NCBI GenBank assembly: GCA_016187485.1
Contig: JACPJO010000004.1
Span: forward strand, 1-54,305
Direction: 5' to 3'
DNA length: 54,305 nucleotides
From: Candidatus Uhrbacteria bacterium
GTDB lineage: Bacteria; Patescibacteriota; Patescibacteriia; UBA9934; UBA10169
Shown here: in pieces, positions 19,987 through 27,546 of the stretch
Numbering within the stretch: the first letter of the stretch is position 1
Layout: every line of letters begins with the position of its first letter
Notes under the pieces: model-generated
Seen by the model: the letters and a program-made list of their open reading frames with translations, nothing else
The model's database searches: none
Told to the model about the DNA's origin: nothing
Made by a program: the position numbers and the translations under genes

Positions 19987-21570
19987 CTACAGGCAGCCGT
20001 AGACGTGGAAGTCGTCCACGTACACAGATGCGCCCAGCGGCAGACCGCCGAAGTGCATCGTGATGCGAGCGGTGCCGGGCACGTTCGCCACGGTGCGGTC
20101 GAGCGTGAACGGCGTCCACGCGGTCGTGGACACGTTGTAGCTCACCGACCCGGGGTTGCCAACCACCGACGTGACCCAGTTGAAGTGGTCGATGACCTGG
20201 AACACACCGCCGGTGAAGGACGTCGTGCTGCGCGCGACGAACTCCACGTGGATCCCGTCTCCGACCGCGAGCCCAATGGCGCTCGGATTGAAGAGGAACT
20301 GGAGCTGTTCGGTGTATCCCGGGTTGCCCGTGCCGTTGCCGTCCAGGCGCACGGCGAAGGACCCGTTATGGACCACGCTCGACTGCCGGACCGGCTGCAC
20401 ATTCTGCTCGTAGCCCCAGCCGTCCCCGACGCTTGGGAACGACTGGAACACCTCGGCAGACTCGAAGCTGCCGTTGGTCGTGATCTCCACCTGGGTCCCC
20501 GAAGGGCACCAGGCCGGAGGCGGCGCGGGGCAGGTCTCGGTGAGGTCGCCGTCGCAGTCGCTGTCCACGTCGTCGCAGGTCTCGACGGCACCGGGGAACA
20601 CGTCGTCGTCGCTGTCATCGCAGTCGTTCTCGCAGATCATGTAGCCATCGCCATCGTCGTCGTCCTCGATCCCGGGGATGATGCCGGTGCAGTTGTCGTC
20701 CACACCGTTGCAGACCTCGGACTCGCCGGGGTTCCGGCTGCTGTCCGAGTCGTCACAGTCATCCTCGCAGCCCATGTACCCGTCGTTGTCGGCATCCACC
20801 TCACCGGACGAGAGCATCGCGCCGTTGCAGTTGTTGTCCTGCCCGTCGCAGATCTCCGCGTTGCCGGGGAAGTTGTCGGGGTCGCCGTCGTCGCAGTCCA
20901 CCGAATCGGGACTGCCATCGCCGTCCGCGTCGGGTACCGGCGGCTCGGGGGTGGGTTCTTCCGTGGTGTCGTCATCGTCGCCGCAGCCCTCGTCCACGAC
21001 CGTGTCGCAGTCGTTGTCCACGCCGTCGCAGTCCTCGGTGGCGCTCGGGTGGATGTCCGCGTCCGCGTCGTTGCAGTCCTCGTTGCTGTCGTAGCCGTCG
21101 CTGTCGACGTCCACGAGTGCAGGACTGGAATCGTCGTCATCCGCCGGAGGCGAGCTGTTGTCGTCATCGTCGCCGGGCAGAGGCACGTCGGTCGCGTCGT
21201 CGTCATCGGACGGACTCGAATCGTCATCGTCGTCGCCCGGGAGCGGCACGGTGGCGTCGTTGTCGTCGTCATCGCTGGACGGACTCGAGTCGTCGTCATC
21301 CGCCGGAGGCGAGCTGTTGTCGTCATCGTCGCCGGGCAGAGGCACGTCGGTCGCGTCGTCGTCGGACGGCTCGGTCGAATCGTTGTCGTCGTCATCGGGA
21401 AGCGGGACGCTGTCGTTGTCGTCGTCATCACTGGCCGGACTCGAGTCGTCGTCTGCCGCATTGTCCTCGTCCTCGGCCGCCGGTTCGTCCGGCAGGTCGT
21501 TGTAGGAGAGAAGGTTGCAGGCGGAGAGGGTGGCCGTGCACAGCAGGGCCAAGATCAATCGCAGGTTCAT
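19987..21570 (-). CDS. GC-rich lipoprotein (gene A) with Asp-rich acidic repeats, four Cys/Asp MopE-type putative metal-binding motifs and a CBM4/9-like C-terminal domain
   Basis: Start MNLRLILALLCTATLSAC (lipobox LSAC) at 21570, with GGAGAC 5 nt upstream. Repeats follow the pattern DGYDSNEDCNDADADIHPSATEDCDGVDNDCD (x4). The C-terminus NGSFE...W...VYVDDFHVY is CBM-like. Nearly all third codon positions are G/C. Confidence 0.75.
   Translation of the reverse strand: MNLRLILALLCTATLSACNLLSYNDLPDEPAAEDEDNAADDDSSPASDDDDNDSVPLPDDDDNDSTEPSDDDATDVPLPGDDDDNSSPPADDDDSSPSSDDDDNDATVPLPGDDDDDSSPSDDDDATDVPLPGDDDDNSSPPADDDDSSPALVDVDSDGYDSNEDCNDADADIHPSATEDCDGVDNDCDTVVDEGCGDDDDTTEEPTPEPPVPDADGDGSPDSVDCDDGDPDNFPGNAEICDGQDNNCNGAMLSSGEVDADNDGYMGCEDDCDDSDSSRNPGESEVCNGVDDNCTGIIPGIEDDDDGDGYMICENDCDDSDDDVFPGAVETCDDVDSDCDGDLTETCPAPPPAWCPSGTQVEITTNGSFESAEVFQSFPSVGDGWGYEQNVQPVRQSSVVHNGSFAVRLDGNGTGNPGYTEQLQFLFNPSAIGLAVGDGIHVEFVARSTTSFTGGVFQVIDHFNWVTSVVGNPGSVSYNVSTTAWTPFTLDRTVANVPGTARITMHFGGLPLGASVYVDDFHVYGCL
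21120..21480. repeat. Tandem repeat with a period of about 159 bp inside gene A (acidic linker)
   Basis: A core of about 75 nt (tcgtcgtcatccgccggaggcgagctgttgtcgtcatcgtcgccgggcagaggcacgtcggtcgcgtcgtcgtc) occurs at ~21132 and ~21291. It encodes ...ATDVPLPGDDDDNSSPPADDDDSSP... twice, 53 aa apart. Confidence 0.8.
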
Positions 21571-21717
21571 CGTGGTCTCCAGGCAAAGGTCGCGAACGCA
21601 TGAAGCGTCGGGACCGGGGGTTTGTCTCACTCGTCACTCCAAACCTGCTAACAACACGGAGTGTTGTCACAAAAAACAGGTCTGGAATGACGAGGTTTTT
21701 CAAAGAACGAACGGCTA

Positions 21718-21746
21718 AATTTACCAGAAAATGGCCATTTTGTCAA
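21718..21746 (-). promoter_or_regulatory. Sigma70-like promoter upstream of gene A
   Basis: On the minus strand: TTGACA (21746-21741), a 17-nt spacer, then TAAATT (23723-21718 orientation: 21723-21718). It sits about 150 nt upstream of the ATG in an AT-rich spacer. Confidence 0.45.
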
Positions 21747-21977
21747 GGAATTAGATACCTCCTCTTTAAATTCTCTCTAAGAGGTCACTAAGTGAGAAAA
21801 AGTGGGGTTGGTAGGATTAAAGATCTAAAATAAGTACAAAAAGTCTTCCAGACAGTATTTTCTCTCTAAGTGATGACTTAGAGAGAACGAGGAACTAAAA
21901 AGCACGAAACCTCCCGAGGGGGAGGTTTGAGGAGAGAGAAGAAGGAACGAAAGGACAGGAAAGAACAATTGCGGCCT

Positions 21978-22014
21978 GGGAGGGGCGAGGAGTCCGAAGA
22001 CCCCCGCCCCTCCC
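21978..22014 (-). terminator. GC-rich hairpin downstream of gene B
   Basis: GGGAGGGGCG (21978-21987) pairs with CGCCCCTCCC (22005-22014). A second hairpin, AAACCTCCC/GGGAGGTTT at 21907-21928, is followed on the minus strand by a T-run. Confidence 0.45.
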
Positions 22015-22026
22015 TTCGCCTGCCCG

Positions 22027-22794
22027 CTACTGGACCGTCGGGCAGTCGTCCTCGGCCAGCGGGATCAGGTCCCGCTCCGACTGCGTGGCGGGCGTGGTGC
22101 TGTCCCAGCAGACCCGGACGGCCATGGCGTAGCCGGGCGGGATGCCCTGGATGGCGCAGCCGGCGTCGAACATGCAGGCGACGTCACGCGTGTCGGCGTC
22201 CTCGCAGGCCAGGTCGGCCCACTGGGAGTCGAACGCCCCACGCAGCGTGTGGCGGTACAGCGTGCAGCCGTCGCCATCGCCATCGGCGTCCGCGTCGAGC
22301 TCGACCTCCCACCAGGACTCGTTGTCCGACAGTTCGGGGTTGATCCCGAGGAACTGCCAGTCGGCGTTGCCGCCCCAGCCGTAGCCGACGCTCGAGATGT
22401 CGTCCGCGTCGTCGGTCCAGTCCACCGTACCGGCGTGGAAGTAGCTCACGTTCGAATCGGGATCCGACAGATAGACGTCGCCGATCTCGTTGCGGCCATC
22501 GCAGTCCCAGTCCTCGGACCGGTCCACGCCGTCGCACGGGTCGCCCTCCGCGGCGTCGTTGTCGTCGTCGTCCGCGGGGGGCTCGGTCACGTCGTCGTCG
22601 TCGGGGAGCGGGGGTTCGGTCGCGTCGTCGTCGTCCGCGGCCGAGTCGTCGTCGCCGGTGTCGCTGTCGTCGTCGCCATTGAGACCCAGGTCGTCGGCCG
22701 ACTTGAGGTCGGCCCAACCCGGGCAGCCGGTGAGGACGCAGGCGAGCAGGAGGTTGCAGAAGAGGGGCCAGTTGTGGAAGTGCGTGGTGCGCAT
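22027..22794 (-). CDS. GC-rich lipoprotein (gene B) with an Asp-rich linker and a Cys-containing C-terminal domain of unknown function
   Basis: Within ORF 22027..23160. Start MRTTHFHNWPLFCNLLLACVLTGC (lipobox LTGC) at 22794, with GGAGAA upstream. Acidic tract: DDDSDTGDDDSAADDDDATEPPLPDDDDVTEPPADDDDND. Confidence 0.7.
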   Translation of the reverse strand: MRTTHFHNWPLFCNLLLACVLTGCPGWADLKSADDLGLNGDDDSDTGDDDSAADDDDATEPPLPDDDDVTEPPADDDDNDAAEGDPCDGVDRSEDWDCDGRNEIGDVYLSDPDSNVSYFHAGTVDWTDDADDISSVGYGWGGNADWQFLGINPELSDNESWWEVELDADADGDGDGCTLYRHTLRGAFDSQWADLACEDADTRDVACMFDAGCAIQGIPPGYAMAVRVCWDSTTPATQSERDLIPLAEDDCPTVQ

Positions 22795-23083
22795 GGGTTC
22801 TCCAGGGTGCGGAAAGGCCTTGTGAAGAGCCTCCGCGGGTTTGATGGGGCCGTCTCCATGCGCAGGAGCGGGGCCCGGGGGATGCCCAATGAAGGGCGGG
22901 GATTCCGTAACTGGGGGGGCGAGGGACAAGAATGACGCAAGAAAAAATTTTAAGCGTCCTTCGTCCCCCCAGAGAGAATGGCGACCGAAGTCGCCGAAGA
23001 AGAAAGGGGGCCGCACGGCACGGGGGTTGGACCCGTACCGCGCGGCATCTGTCTGTTCGAGACCCGCGATTCGCGGGGTGGGC

Positions 23084-24496
23084 CTAGCTGGCCGCGGGGG
23101 CAGCCGGAGCGGCAGGCGCTGCGGCGGGGGCCGGCGGCGTCCAGTCGGCCGGGACCACATCGAGGGCGGGCGCCTTGTACACGCTGTGCCGACGGGTCGC
23201 CCCGAAGGTCAGTCGTGCGAGGATCCGCCCCGAGGGGTCCGACTCGTCCTCCAGGTACATGACGTTGCCGATCGCGGCGCCGATCTCGAATCCCAGGGTC
23301 GGCACGAGTGCCGACTGCAGGACGGGGATGCGGAACCGGAACCGTGCGGCGAGGATGAAGTCGGGGGACTCGTGGAGTCCCTGTCCCTCTTCCCAGCCGC
23401 CCGACGTGTACTGGCCACCGACGCTCCCGCCGATGGAGAAGACGGTGCCGGCCGCGAACTCGGCGAAGAACCGCCCACCGATGCCCCACCCGTACCCGTT
23501 GTCGTTGCCGGTCAGACCGTCCAGGACGCCGCCGAAGCAGTGTCCCTTCTGGGGAGCGCAGAGGCCACCGGAGACGGAGACGTTGGCGTAGACCGCCCAC
23601 GGGAATCGCAGGTAGGCGTCCTCGCCGTTCACCTCGGCCGAAGCGTCGGTGCCGACCATGCCGAGGAAGCCGCCCTCGATCCCGAAGTACGGATCGGGGT
23701 CCTGCCCGACGTTCTCCTCGAGCGCCGTCAGACGCTTCTCGCCGTTGGCGAGCCGGACGTCCTGCTGCTCGTCCTTGTGCTCGCCCTTCTCGAGGCGTTC
23801 CAGGATGTCGTCCAGGTTCGTTGCGAGGGTGGCGAGATCGGCCGTGAGCGTGCCGATGGCGGCCGTGTTGTCCGACGTCGCCGTCTGGATCGCCGACATC
23901 GCGTTCTCGATCCCCTTGATCCGCGGCTCCAACTCCGTCTTGATGGCGGCCGGGAGTCCCTCGACCTTGAGCTTGAGCTCGTCGAGGACCTTCTGGTTCG
24001 CCGTCAGCCGGATGCTGTTCATCTGGCTCTCGTAGCGCTCGGGGCTGACGCAGGCGCCGTGGAAGCTCTTGAACGGGGAGGGCTTGAACCCCTCCTTGCA
24101 CTTGAGCTTGCAGTTGGCCGCGTCGTACTCGGTCGTCGTCGCGTTCTCGTTGGCGATCTTCTGGAGCACCTCGGCGACCTTCGCCTTCGCCGCCGCGTCC
24201 TTGCCCTTGCACGCGCAGTTGGGGTCGGGCACCACGGGAGCCACGTTCGTGCCGGCCGGCGCCGGGGAGGCGGGGGGCGGGACGATCTGCGGGGCGGGCG
24301 TGGCGCCGATGGCGGGAGCCGGCGTCGCGGGGGCGGCGGCCGGGATCTTGGGAGCGGGGACGATCGTGGGGGCCAGAACCGCCGCGGATGCGGCGGGGGC
24401 GGCCTGGGACTGCTGCGCCCAGACCTGGTTGCAGGTGAGGGTGACGCCGAGCACCATGCTCAGCGCCGTCACGAACTGGGTGTTCCGACGGGTCAT
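23084..24496 (-). CDS. GC-rich secreted protein (gene C): signal peptide, Pro/Ala linker, coiled-coil, Gly/aromatic-rich beta-type C-terminal domain
   Basis: Within ORF 23084..24748. Start MTRRNTQFVTALSMVLGVTLTCNQVWAQ at 24496, with AGGAGGA upstream. The heptad-like region is ...LKLKVEGLPAAIKTELEPRIKGIENAMSAIQ.... The C-terminus has alternating-pattern strands (FILAARFRFRIPV, TLGFEIGAAIGNVMYL). Confidence 0.75.
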   Translation of the reverse strand: MTRRNTQFVTALSMVLGVTLTCNQVWAQQSQAAPAASAAVLAPTIVPAPKIPAAAPATPAPAIGATPAPQIVPPPASPAPAGTNVAPVVPDPNCACKGKDAAAKAKVAEVLQKIANENATTTEYDAANCKLKCKEGFKPSPFKSFHGACVSPERYESQMNSIRLTANQKVLDELKLKVEGLPAAIKTELEPRIKGIENAMSAIQTATSDNTAAIGTLTADLATLATNLDDILERLEKGEHKDEQQDVRLANGEKRLTALEENVGQDPDPYFGIEGGFLGMVGTDASAEVNGEDAYLRFPWAVYANVSVSGGLCAPQKGHCFGGVLDGLTGNDNGYGWGIGGRFFAEFAAGTVFSIGGSVGGQYTSGGWEEGQGLHESPDFILAARFRFRIPVLQSALVPTLGFEIGAAIGNVMYLEDESDPSGRILARLTFGATRRHSVYKAPALDVVPADWTPPAPAAAPAAPAAPAAS

Positions 24497-24794
24497 GGAC
24501 CTGTCCTCCTGAAGCCCAACACGGCGCCGAGCCGGTGGGGCGGGTTTACCATCCGGCCTCGCAAGCCGGAGTCCGAAAACTCCGCTTGCGCGGCCTGGTC
24601 TCAAACAAATTGAGAAAGGACCGTGAGAAGCACGATCCGGTCCAGGATTCTCGAAGAAATTGGTTCCTCCGAAAATTCTGAACCGTCTAGTGCTTGGATG
24701 ATTTGGCGACATCTGTCGGTGGAGGAGAATCCAACAGAAGCACACCAAATCGTCTAAGTACTAGACGGCCGAATCCATTGAAAATGAACGTGCA

Positions 24795-24823
24795 AATTTA
24801 GCAAAAAACCACGAATATGTCAA
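24795..24823 (-). promoter_or_regulatory. Sigma70-like promoter upstream of gene C
   Basis: On the minus strand: TTGACA (24823-24818), a 17-nt spacer, then TAAATT (24800-24795). The boxes and spacing match the gene A promoter. Confidence 0.45.
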
Positions 24824-24998
24824 GAGATGGCCTTAAATTGGCCAAAATATTAGCTAAAAACAAAACCCCCTTGAAGGGCATGATGCTCGCCTGTCACAAC
24901 GAGGAGGAGACGTTGCGACCGCGGCACCAGGCCCTTGAAAGGGGTATTGAGAGGCAAAAGTTACCTTACGAGAGGAGGAGATGTCAAATGGTTGCAAA

Positions 24999-25033
24999 GT
25001 TGCAGAGTGACAAAGTTACAGAGTGACAAAGTT
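24999..25033. repeat. Left arm of a 35-nt inverted repeat flanking the four-helix-bundle gene, embedded in a 16-nt tandem array
   Basis: GTTGCAGAGTGACAAAGTTACAGAGTGACAAAGTT. It is part of about 3 tandem units of CAAAGTT(G/A)CAGAGTGA spanning 24995-25045. Confidence 0.8.
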
Positions 25034-25047
25034 GCAAGGTAGTGAAA

Positions 25048-25407
25048 TCACTTAAGGGAACGGATAAGACCACTTAAAAGGAAAGCTACCTCTTGGCGAT
25101 TTGATTCTACTGATTGGTATACAGTTTGAGGAAGGTATCCAAGATCTAAAGATAAACGCAGAAGATACTCACACTCACTAAGGGACCCCCTGGCTATGTA
25201 TAGATACCGAACAAAGTCCTTCGTCGTATTTTTGGCCTGTCCTTCCACGATGTTCGTGGGGACGGAGACACAGGCACGTCTTAGCTGTCCAGTAATTCCA
25301 TAACATTCTTCAGGAGGAAAGGATTGAGATACTTTATAAACATCCAAAACAAAACAATGGGCTTTCTGCCACACAACAAGATCTCGGAAAGTTCTTACTG
25401 GTTCCAT
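25048..25407 (-). CDS. Four-helix-bundle protein (23S rRNA intervening-sequence protein family)
   Basis: MEPVRTFRDLVVWQKAHCFVLDVYKVSQSFP...GITGQLRRACVSVPTNIVEGQAK...YLYIARGSLSECEYLL is the typical family signature. ATG at 25407 is preferred over the listed GTG at 25425. Confidence 0.85.
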   Translation of the reverse strand: MEPVRTFRDLVVWQKAHCFVLDVYKVSQSFPPEECYGITGQLRRACVSVPTNIVEGQAKNTTKDFVRYLYIARGSLSECEYLLRLSLDLGYLPQTVYQSVESNRQEVAFLLSGLIRSLK

Positions 25408-25414
25408 AAACCAA

Positions 25415-25449
25415 AACTTTGCCACTGTGCCACTTTACAACTCTGCAAC
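25415..25449. repeat. Right arm of the 35-nt inverted repeat
   Basis: AACTTTGCCACTGTGCCACTTTACAACTCTGCAAC. Its reverse complement matches the left arm at 29 of 35 positions by my hand alignment. Confidence 0.75.
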
Positions 25450-25453
25450 CTTC

Positions 25454-26095
25454 CTACCACTCCTCGTGAATAAGTTGGTGCCGGCGCTTCAAACGTTCCG
25501 AGTTCATGTACACAAGCCCCACGCCGGTAAGGGCGCCGAGCACAAAGCCAGTAAAGGCGTTCACAGGAATATTTGGCTTCACGGGAAAACGCGAGTTGAG
25601 TGGCTCATCCACCAACCGCACCGACAGACCGCTCGCGCTCACAAATTGGTGCGACCGCGTGGTGAGCACAAACGCCACCGCGCGCGCAATGCGCTCGGCC
25701 TCCCCTACACTCGTGTGATACACATCTACTTCTAAAAGTCCCGTACCACGCACCACGGTGGGCTGCACCGTCTTCCGCCACACCTTCCGCCGCTTCAATC
25801 CGTCTTTTGGAAAATAGCTTGCACGAATATCAAACCCCGCACTCATCACCTCGTCATAAAATGCCGACGTGTGAATGAGTGTGGCCATGTCGTCGGCAAG
25901 GCGTTCACTTGAACGACTCGCCGTGTAGGCGTCCACAACTCCAACATTTTGCGTAATGAGTACGCGCACCGATGAACGATATTTAAGCGGCTCAAAAAAG
26001 GACAGAATGCTCGCTAGAATCAACCCAAGAATGGCAGACAAAAAAATGGTGCGCCAACCAAAACGGACAAATACCGATGCGGGGGGGGTCGTCAT
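25454..26095 (-). CDS. Wzz/chain-length-determinant-like membrane protein
   Basis: TM segments at both the N- and C-terminus flank a soluble domain. The layout matches the small Wzz/YveK-type polysaccharide co-polymerase N-terminal domain. Confidence 0.6.
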   Translation of the reverse strand: MTTPPASVFVRFGWRTIFLSAILGLILASILSFFEPLKYRSSVRVLITQNVGVVDAYTASRSSERLADDMATLIHTSAFYDEVMSAGFDIRASYFPKDGLKRRKVWRKTVQPTVVRGTGLLEVDVYHTSVGEAERIARAVAFVLTTRSHQFVSASGLSVRLVDEPLNSRFPVKPNIPVNAFTGFVLGALTGVGLVYMNSERLKRRHQLIHEEW

Positions 26096-26116
26096 ACCAC
26101 CACGAAGTGTATCATA

Positions 26117-26872
26117 TTAACTCCACCGCGCGGTAGAAAGAATAAGGAGAAGGAGAAGTCCCACAAAGACGAGATAGCGTACCAACACACGCCGCTCCAG
26201 CCGATCAATCAGCTCTGCGCGTAGAAGACCCAAAAGCCCGTAATGGAGAAGCGCCAGCGCCGCCGCACTCACCAAGTGACTTAACGGGAAGAAAGAGAAA
26301 ACGACAAAGAACTCGGTAAGCAGAAGGGAACCAAAAATCGAGATACGACGCACCGACTCTTCTTCCATCTTGCTCGCCCAAAGCGTCTCAAAAATGAAAA
26401 GTGTCTCGCCGAGAAAAAAGAGTGGGACCAAAATCCACAGGGGAAATTGCGCCAGCACAAGGAAACCTAAACTCACCATCGCAGAGAGAAACGCACTCAA
26501 TGTAGAGAAGACAAACGTGAGACGCTCAAGCGTGTAGACACGATACCGGTGGCTCTCAAACACATACAGTCGCACATGTTCCGCATACACAAGCCAGAGA
26601 ATTCCGAGCAAAGCGGCAAGGGCGTAGCGGTGTGCGTCATACTCCAAAAAGAGGAAAAACCCGTCGCTTGCAAGCGCCAGACCGGCGGGAGCAAGAAGAA
26701 ATCGGGGAGCGTGCGGGGTATTGAGGGACTGGCGCAGCAGAAACCAAAAGGTTCCAATCCCAAGCACAAGGCTTGCCGCAAGATACACAAGCGCGCGCGC
26801 CGGATCCCACGTGGCCATCAATGGCCCCGCGGCAGAAAGGACAGCAGAGAGGACAATCCACAAACGCGTCAT
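26117..26872 (-). CDS. Polytopic membrane protein, unknown function
   Basis: A 251-aa ORF with more than 6 hydrophobic segments. It overlaps neighbouring genes by 4 nt, which suggests an operon. Confidence 0.7.
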   Translation of the reverse strand: MTRLWIVLSAVLSAAGPLMATWDPARALVYLAASLVLGIGTFWFLLRQSLNTPHAPRFLLAPAGLALASDGFFLFLEYDAHRYALAALLGILWLVYAEHVRLYVFESHRYRVYTLERLTFVFSTLSAFLSAMVSLGFLVLAQFPLWILVPLFFLGETLFIFETLWASKMEEESVRRISIFGSLLLTEFFVVFSFFPLSHLVSAAALALLHYGLLGLLRAELIDRLERRVLVRYLVFVGLLLLLILSTARWS

Positions 26873-27546
26873 AGTTTTTGGACATCAAGCATAAGCGCGC
26901 CCTTCAACAGGAGACCTTCGGGCGTCACACGTACGTCTGTAAGATCGGCGTACGACTGCACTTCCCCTTTCACTTTTGCGAGAGCCATCTTAACGGCGCG
27001 GTCGAGAAACAAGCGCGCAAGCACGCGCGGCACGGGCGCCCCGCCAACACGTAAAGACTCCGTGGAGAGCTTCACCCACCCCTCCTCTACCGATGGGCGC
27101 ACTCGCCACGTAAGCGCGGTATCTTTCAATGGGAGAAATATCTCTATGCTCTCCCCCGCCACGGCAACTTGGCTCTTGGAAAAATCGACCAACCTTGAAG
27201 ACGACGTATCCCCTTGCCGGATAAGGCGCGTAAGGACAGACTCGGGAAGCGTGAGTTCGATCGTACGATCGGTGAGATTGGAAGAAACTCTGTTTGACAC
27301 GGCACGAGAAAACCACGCGTCAAACGGGATAGTGGACGGTTCCACGGCATGATCGGGGACGGGAGTTTTAAACGCCCATTGGGAAACCGTCGGCACTTCC
27401 ACAAGGCCGCTTGCCGCAGCAAGATACACAATATAACCGGCAATAGCCGCAACAATCAAAAAGGACCAAAGCACGCACGAGCCGCACCCGAAACCGTGTC
27501 GGGGACGAGACGGGGAAAGCGTTGGGTGTCTTTGAGACCCGATCAC
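26869..27546 (-). CDS. Membrane-anchored hypothetical protein
   Basis: A 225-aa ORF with a single N-terminal TM segment (VLWSFLIVAAIAGYIVYLAAA). It is translationally coupled to its neighbours. Confidence 0.65.
   Translation of the reverse strand: MIGSQRHPTLSPSRPRHGFGCGSCVLWSFLIVAAIAGYIVYLAAASGLVEVPTVSQWAFKTPVPDHAVEPSTIPFDAWFSRAVSNRVSSNLTDRTIELTLPESVLTRLIRQGDTSSSRLVDFSKSQVAVAGESIEIFLPLKDTALTWRVRPSVEEGWVKLSTESLRVGGAPVPRVLARLFLDRAVKMALAKVKGEVQSYADLTDVRVTPEGLLLKGALMLDVQKL

Noticed and set aside
19876-21791. 575-aa + ORF (19876..21603), 274-aa minus-strand ORF (20637..21461) and 224-aa + ORF (21117..21791)
   Set aside because: These are Val/Arg/Thr/Met homopolymer-like translations of the GAC-rich repeat region. 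Only the 19987..21570 frame gives a lipobox signal peptide plus recognisable Cys/Asp motifs and a CBM-like domain.
22841-24613. 590-aa + ORF and 420-aa minus-strand ORF (22950..24212) across genes B and C
   Set aside because: Both are extremely Arg/Gly/Asp-rich, have no start context and span the intergenic hairpins. They are GC-rich shadow frames.
24995-25045. The 16-nt tandem repeats considered as a possible CRISPR array
   Set aside because: The units are directly adjacent with no spacers, number only about 3 and are 16 nt long. They are better explained as one arm of the inverted repeat flanking the four-helix-bundle gene.
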